DNA from: Candidatus Kaiserbacteria bacterium
Lineage (GTDB): Bacteria; Patescibacteriota; Minisyncoccia; Phycocordibacterales; Phycocordibacteraceae
Assembly: GCA_963699165.1 (NCBI GenBank)
Contig: OY969413.1
Coordinates: forward strand, 596,562 to 660,561
DNA length: 64,000 nucleotides
Direction: 5' to 3'
Every line of letters begins with the position of its first letter. Within the stretch, counting starts at the first letter, position 1. A program made the translations under genes and the position numbers. The notes beneath the pieces were generated by a model, which saw only the letters and a program-made list of their open reading frames with translations, ran no database searches and was not told the DNA's origin. Positions 58,956 through 64,000 of this stretch are shown here, in pieces.

Positions 58956-59657
58956 CTAACGAAGCGTTTCTTTCCAGCGTTTGTAAAGCGCGGCGGTCGC
59001 GAAAAGGTCGCCGGCGTTGTAGCGCGCGATGTCGAGATACTTCCCTGTTTTATAGAGCGCCGCAACGTCATCGCCGGACGTTCCGGATGCTTTCGGACTT
59101 TCGATGCCGAGCGCGCGGCAAAACAGATGCAAACTTTTGCGAAAACGCGCGGCGCCGTAAAACGTGAGCTGGTCCATGAGGTCGACATGGACGGCGCCGC
59201 GCTGCAGCGACACGTAGCGATTGGAAAGAAGGTCTTTCGAGGGCCGAATATTGTGGACCATCGAGCGAATTGCGAGAAACGGAGCATCAAAGGAACGTCC
59301 GTTAAATGAAACAAACTCATTGCAGACGGCGGCGACTTTCCAAAACTGTTCAAGCATTCCCTTTTCGTCCATCGCCTCGTATTTAATCGGTCCTTCCTCG
59401 CTCGCTTTGATTTTCGCGCCGGGTGCGGAAAAATACACGGCACCCTTTTCGCGCTCGGTGTCGTACACGCCGATGGCGACGATGAATCCGGTCAGGGGCG
59501 AAAATCCCATTCCCTCTTTGAGCATTGCGAGCTCGTATTCGTATTCTTCGTTGTCCTTTGCGGACTCCCGAATCCACCGCGAAAGGTTGTGCTGTGTCGT
59601 TTCGTCGAACGTATCCCACGATTCCCCGACGGTTTCGATGTCGAATACAAGCGCCAT
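58956..59657 (-). CDS. DEDD 3'-5' exonuclease (PolB-like RNase H fold)
   Basis: VFDIET, FNGRSFDAPFL, HVDL, YNAGDL. Confidence 0.88.
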   Translation of the reverse strand: MALVFDIETVGESWDTFDETTQHNLSRWIRESAKDNEEYEYELAMLKEGMGFSPLTGFIVAIGVYDTEREKGAVYFSAPGAKIKASEEGPIKYEAMDEKGMLEQFWKVAAVCNEFVSFNGRSFDAPFLAIRSMVHNIRPSKDLLSNRYVSLQRGAVHVDLMDQLTFYGAARFRKSLHLFCRALGIESPKASGTSGDDVAALYKTGKYLDIARYNAGDLFATAALYKRWKETLR

Positions 59658-59803
59658 GCAAACAGTATATAATGCCGGGTGTATGAATGCCGTTAGAAAT
59701 CGCGGACATGAATGCGGGACCACGCAAGTGGTCGGTTTTACTATCGATAATCAAACAGACTGCGTAACCGACCGTTTTGGGTTCGCGTCCTATTTCTAAC
59801 GGT

Positions 59804-60715
59804 ATGAATCAGAAACTCATTCGTGCGGCAGTTGTGGCAGTGCTCGCGGCGGCGGCGGGCGGTGCGGGCTATGTGGCCGGAGGAAACGCACAAACGCAAA
59901 CTCCGAACATCCCGGCAGAGACGGTCGCGGCGCCGCCCGCCGGTTCAGTCCGCGTTTTATACAGCTTGGACCAAAAACAAAATGACAAAGAAATCATCGC
60001 ACTTATAAATGGAGCGAGGGACCATATTTATTTCGCCATTTACGAATTCACGCTGAAAGACATTGCCGATGCTCTTGTCGCGGCGGAGAAGCGCGGCGTA
60101 GTCGTGCGCGGCGTCGTTGACTCGGGCGAAGCGGCAAAGAGCTACGACAAGCCGATTATTGACGAACTCATCGCCGCGGGCATTCCTGTTGAAACCGAAA
60201 AACATCCCGACGGAAACGGCATCATGCATATCAAAGCGATTGTGACCGATTCTGCGTACGCGCTCGGAAGTTACAACTGGACCGGTTCCGCGACGACCGA
60301 AAACGACGAGTTGCTCGAAATAGGAACCGACCCGACACTTCGCCAAACGTATGAAAATATTTTGAAACGACTCTTTGATGCCTACCAAGGCACCAGCGCG
60401 GCCGCGGGAGCGGCCGCAAGCGTTTCAATCGGCACCATCGACTACACCGAAGCCCCCGCGCATGTCGGCGATTACGCCTCCGTGCGCGGAACCCTCGTCG
60501 ACGCCTACACTTCCGCAAGCGGCACGGTCTTTTTGGATTTCTGCAAAAGCTACAAAACCTGCACATTTTCGGGCGTCATCTTCGCGGACGACGTCAAAAA
60601 ATTTGGCGACCTGTCCCGCTATAACGGCACGACCGTAACCCTCACCGGCAAGATTTCTTCCTATCAAGGCAAAGCCGAAATCGTCCTTTCCGACCCAAGT
60701 CAGCTTGCAAACTGA
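59804..60715 (+). CDS. membrane-anchored PLD-family (Nuc-like) nuclease with C-terminal OB fold
   Basis: Single HKD motif MHIKAIVTD...GSYNWT...NDE; C-terminal VTLTGKISSYQGKAEIV. Confidence 0.8.
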   Translation: MNQKLIRAAVVAVLAAAAGGAGYVAGGNAQTQTPNIPAETVAAPPAGSVRVLYSLDQKQNDKEIIALINGARDHIYFAIYEFTLKDIADALVAAEKRGVVVRGVVDSGEAAKSYDKPIIDELIAAGIPVETEKHPDGNGIMHIKAIVTDSAYALGSYNWTGSATTENDELLEIGTDPTLRQTYENILKRLFDAYQGTSAAAGAAASVSIGTIDYTEAPAHVGDYASVRGTLVDAYTSASGTVFLDFCKSYKTCTFSGVIFADDVKKFGDLSRYNGTTVTLTGKISSYQGKAEIVLSDPSQLAN

Positions 60716-60721
60716 AAAAAC

Positions 60722-61801
60722 TGCATAAGTTCAGATACATTTGGCAGTCCTCATAACCGAGGATATATGCGCATCAGAAGCAATTTCAGGGGTACGAAGG
60801 GCTGGTTGAGCATGTGGGAAAGGACGATACGATTGCGGCATATGCGGAAACCAAAGGAAGTCGACAGACGGGTGAAGATATTGGGATTCTGGGACATGCA
60901 CGGGACGGAGGCCGCATACGACGCCTTTGGCACCTCGGAGCGCACCTTGTATCGCTGGAAGGAGGAACTCAAAGCCCACGAGGGCCGCATTGATGCACTT
61001 GACCCGAAGAGCACTGCGCCGAAGGCGCGTCGAAGGAGGACTGTTCTGCCCGAGGTCGAGGATTTCATCATCCGCGAACGACAGGCGCATCCCCGGCTTG
61101 GGAAAGCAAAGCTTGCCGTTCTCCTGCGCGAAGAAGGGCACTCCGTGTCGGAGTCATACGTTGGGCGGGTCATTCTGGATTTGAAGAACCGCGGTCTGCT
61201 CCCGCAGCAGAGCCGGCTCTCGTTCCACGCACGTACGGGCAATCACACGGAAACACCGCAGAAACGCCGTACCAAGCTTCGCCGCACCGGCAAGCGCGGC
61301 ATGGAGCTCGATACCGTCGTCCGCTTCATCGACGGCGTGAAGCGGTACGTCCTCACGGCAGTGGATGTGGAGCGGAAGTTCGCCTTTGCGGGCGCGTATA
61401 CGAACCACTCGTCGAGAAGCGCGGACGACTTCCTTCGCCGAGTCATCGAGGTTTGCCCCTTCGATATCGACGAGTTGCAGACCGACAACGGGAGCGAGTT
61501 CGCCAAACACTTCGAGGATGCCTGTGCCGAACTCGGGCTCACGCACTTTCACACCCGCCCCCGCACTCCCAAGATGAATGCCCACGTCGAACGATTCAAT
61601 CGCACCGTCTCCGAGGACTTCATCATGCTGAATCGGGGCCTGCTGCGGGACGATATTCATTCCTTCAATCTGAAGCTTGTCGACTGGCTGATCTGGTACA
61701 ACACCAAACGCCCGCACCAGTCGCTCGGCATGGTGTCCCCCTTGCGGTATATTGTGTGTACATTAACCGTCGGGGACTGCCAAAAGTACTGGACGCGTAC
61801 A
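60722..61801 (+). mobile_element. IS481-family insertion sequence, copy 2
   Basis: 1080 bp; 5 substitutions seen versus copy 1; no matching TSD (aaaac / ataaa). Confidence 0.9.
60767..61801 (+). CDS. IS481 transposase with no stop, in frame with infC
   Basis: Continuous 546-codon ORF 60767..62407. Confidence 0.85.
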
Positions 61802-61806
61802 ATAAA

Positions 61807-61836
61807 TTGCCTATTCCCTGCTTTTCGTGCTATACT
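61807..61836 (+). promoter_or_regulatory. infC operon promoter
   Basis: TTGCCT-N18-TATACT with extended -10 TG. Confidence 0.6.
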
Positions 61837-61849
61837 CCGCTTACTACAA

Positions 61850-62407
61850 GTGGCTACCGAACGACTTCGCATCAATAACGAGATACGCGCGCAGGAACTG
61901 CGCGTCATTGGCGCGCAAGGTGAAAATCTTGGCGTTATATCGCTTGAAGCCGCTCTGGCGGCTGCAAAGGCCGCCGGGCTCGACCTTATCGAGATTTCGC
62001 CCTCTGCGGTGCCGCCCGTTGCGAAGATCACAGATTATGGTAAATTCGAGTACGAGCGAAGCAAGAAGGAAAAGGTGGCCAAATCTAAGGTCAAAATATC
62101 CGAGACCAAGGAGGTCCAGATAAAGGTAGGCACGGGCGACCACGATATGGCGCTCAAGGCGAAAAAGGCCGCAGAATGGCTCGCCGAAGGACACCGTGTC
62201 CGCGCCGAACTCTTCCTCAAGGGCCGCTACAAGGGCATGGAGGAGGCATTCCTCAAGGAGCGCCTCCAAAGGTTCCTTTTGCGCATTCCGTACGCATACA
62301 AGGTGGCGGAGCCGGTCGCAAGAAGCCCGAAGGGCTTTGCGGGAGTTATCGAACGCGACCTTGTCGCCCAAGCAAAACGCGAAAAAGAACAGCCAAAAAC
62401 CACATGA
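61850..62407 (+). CDS. infC: translation initiation factor IF-3
   Basis: RINNEIRA.ELRVIG, GLDLIEISP..PPVAKI.DYGKF; upstream of rpmI-rplT; exact start (GTG 61850) uncertain. Confidence 0.93.
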   Translation: MATERLRINNEIRAQELRVIGAQGENLGVISLEAALAAAKAAGLDLIEISPSAVPPVAKITDYGKFEYERSKKEKVAKSKVKISETKEVQIKVGTGDHDMALKAKKAAEWLAEGHRVRAELFLKGRYKGMEEAFLKERLQRFLLRIPYAYKVAEPVARSPKGFAGVIERDLVAQAKREKEQPKTT

Positions 62408-62589
62408 AATCCAACAAATCCTATTTGAAGAGAATCCGCGTAACCCGCACCGGGAAGCTTATGGCGCGCACGCCGGGCCAGAACCATTTCAATGCGAAGC
62501 AGAGCGGTTCCGAGCGCTCCCAGAAGCGCCGCCCGAATGCGATTAACCTCACGGTTAAAGTCCGCCGCCGCTTCCTTCCGGGCACCTAA
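62404..62589 (+). CDS. rpmI: 50S ribosomal protein L35
   Basis: MKSNKSYLKRIRVTRTGKL...NHFNAK; conserved synteny. Confidence 0.9.
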   Translation: MKSNKSYLKRIRVTRTGKLMARTPGQNHFNAKQSGSERSQKRRPNAINLTVKVRRRFLPGT

Positions 62590-62617
62590 TTAATCTAACG
62601 CCGGCAATTATTTACGT

Positions 62618-62965
62618 ATGACAAGAATCAAAGGAGGAGTAATGGCGCAGAAGCGCCGCAAGAATGTTCTCGAGCGAGCCAAGGGATACCGCGGCATTCG
62701 TTCGAAGAAAGAGCGCTATGCCCACGAAGCGCTTATGCGCGCGGGCCGCTACGCATTTGCGCACCGCCGCGACAAGAAAACCGTCTTCCGCCAGCTTTGG
62801 ATTGTCCGCTTGAACGCCGCCGTCCGCGAAAACGGCCACAAGTCGTACAGCACGTTCATCGCCAAGCTGAAGAAGAACGGTTTTGCGCTGGACCGCAAAG
62901 TCCTCGCCGAGTTCGCCGCAACGAATCCCGAAATCTTCACTCGCATCGCAAAACAGGTCGTCTAA
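62618..62965 (+). CDS. rplT: 50S ribosomal protein L20
   Basis: RIKGG, AKGYRG, FRQLWIVRLNAA, LDRKVLAE. Confidence 0.97.
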   Translation: MTRIKGGVMAQKRRKNVLERAKGYRGIRSKKERYAHEALMRAGRYAFAHRRDKKTVFRQLWIVRLNAAVRENGHKSYSTFIAKLKKNGFALDRKVLAEFAATNPEIFTRIAKQVV

Positions 62966-62973
62966 TCAACCGG

Positions 62974-63012
62974 CCAAAGCAAAACCGCCCCGAAGGGGCG
63001 GTTTTGCTTTGG
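62974..63012. terminator. bidirectional terminator
   Basis: ccaaagcaaaaccgcccc-gaa-ggggcggttttgctttgg. Confidence 0.85.
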
Positions 63013-63018
63013 GTGCAC

Positions 63019-63663
63019 TTAGTTCATTGTCAGCGGACCGACGTTAATTGAAGGTATTCCCGGGGTTTGAAACGGCACGCCCGCAAATGCGGCGATTTTT
63101 TGGCCGATATTTGCTTCCCTGCCGGACCCGCTCATCTGGACTGCGTCCGCCATAAGTTGTGACGCCGAGAGATTCTCGGTATGCGCATTGTCGATAAATA
63201 TCTCCGTCCCGTTCTGCATCACAAGCACAAGCCGGAATTGTCTTTGCGGTGCCGTAGTGCGAACCGCCATGCCTGCTTGCGCATTTATCGTCGGACCCGT
63301 TGTGGTTGAATACGAATAGTTTTCCCGCATTTCTACGCGAACAATGTCGCCAAGGTTGAATGTGTCCGTTTTTTTACCTAAAATCCCCGCGCTGGTTATC
63401 GAACCCTGCCCCTGCTCCTTGTCTAAAACCGTTTCTTTGCTGCGCGCAGTGAAAAGGATAAGGAGACCGATTATAAAAAATATTCCGGGAATCAACCACG
63501 CGAACAGACTCGACTTTGACGAAGCCCCTCCCTGCAAATACGAATACAATGCTATGCCAGCAGTGGCAATCCCAACAACAAGCAGAATAAACCCGCCGAT
63601 GAAACTGCTTAAGCCGGAATCCCCCAAAACGATTTTATCGGACGAATCTTGAATGATTTTCAT
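63019..63663 (-). CDS. hypothetical membrane protein
   Basis: Two TM helices followed by a PH-like beta domain. Confidence 0.7.
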   Translation of the reverse strand: MKIIQDSSDKIVLGDSGLSSFIGGFILLVVGIATAGIALYSYLQGGASSKSSLFAWLIPGIFFIIGLLILFTARSKETVLDKEQGQGSITSAGILGKKTDTFNLGDIVRVEMRENYSYSTTTGPTINAQAGMAVRTTAPQRQFRLVLVMQNGTEIFIDNAHTENLSASQLMADAVQMSGSGREANIGQKIAAFAGVPFQTPGIPSINVGPLTMN

Positions 63664-63698
63664 AGATAGAAAGTTAACATATAAATTGGCTTATTGCG

Positions 63699-64000
63699 CT
63701 AGGGACAACTCTTTATTTTCGAAGCAGCCGTAGGAAGGCCGCCTTCTTCGATTTTGGAAATGCCGAGGGAATCAATGCACCACCATTCGTTTGGGGAAAG
63801 AGTCACCCCGACCAAATAACCTTCTCCGTTTGCATAGCATGCAATCGAATTTTCATTTTTCGCGTCGGCTGCGGCCGCGATAATGGCATTTCTGACGGCT
63901 GTCTCCTGAAATACGCCTCCGGTGCATGATGCGGGGCTTCCATTTGTCCATGCTTGTTCTCCAAAAGAATTTGCGTGATTCACCGAATACAAATATGCCT
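63699..64000 (-). CDS. type IV pilin, C-terminal part (runs off the window edge)
   Basis: C...WWCIDS.G...SCP pattern as in the other pilins. Confidence 0.75.
   Translation of the reverse strand, partial: AYLYSVNHANSFGEQAWTNGSPASCTGGVFQETAVRNAIIAAAADAKNENSIACYANGEGYLVGVTLSPNEWWCIDSLGISKIEEGGLPTAASKIKSCP

Overview
Genomic DNA most consistent with a Patescibacteria (CPR, Parcubacteria-like) bacterium using genetic code 11. The assignment is inferred from the type IV pilus locus without pilQ, the gene set and the near-leaderless promoters. The GC-rich backbone carries gatA/gatC, ligA, a ~15 kb type IV pilus/competence locus (pilM/N/O/B/T/C/D, minor pilins, five major-type pilins, comF), tRNA-Ser, groES/groEL, secG, an ABC substrate-binding protein, RNase J, a repair/redox cluster and infC-rpmI-rplT. 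Accessory regions: (i) an ECF sigma/anti-sigma module with two matching promoter motifs; (ii) a defence-like island beside a tRNA-Met(CAU) that contains a group I intron (type III mod, res stub cut by IS3, serine recombinase split by IS481, Zn-ribbon/PD-(D/E)XK protein); (iii) a 489-bp tandem pilin amplification plus an IS30-disrupted pilin; (iv) a structured leader that copies the 5' end of tRNA-Ser; (v) a 3.3-kb lexA-dinB-integrase element inserted at the secG start with a replacement promoter; (vi) a second IS481 copy whose stop-less transposase reads in frame into IF3. Several frameshifts fall in homopolymers and may be sequencing errors. All calls come from reading the sequence by eye; no database searches were run.
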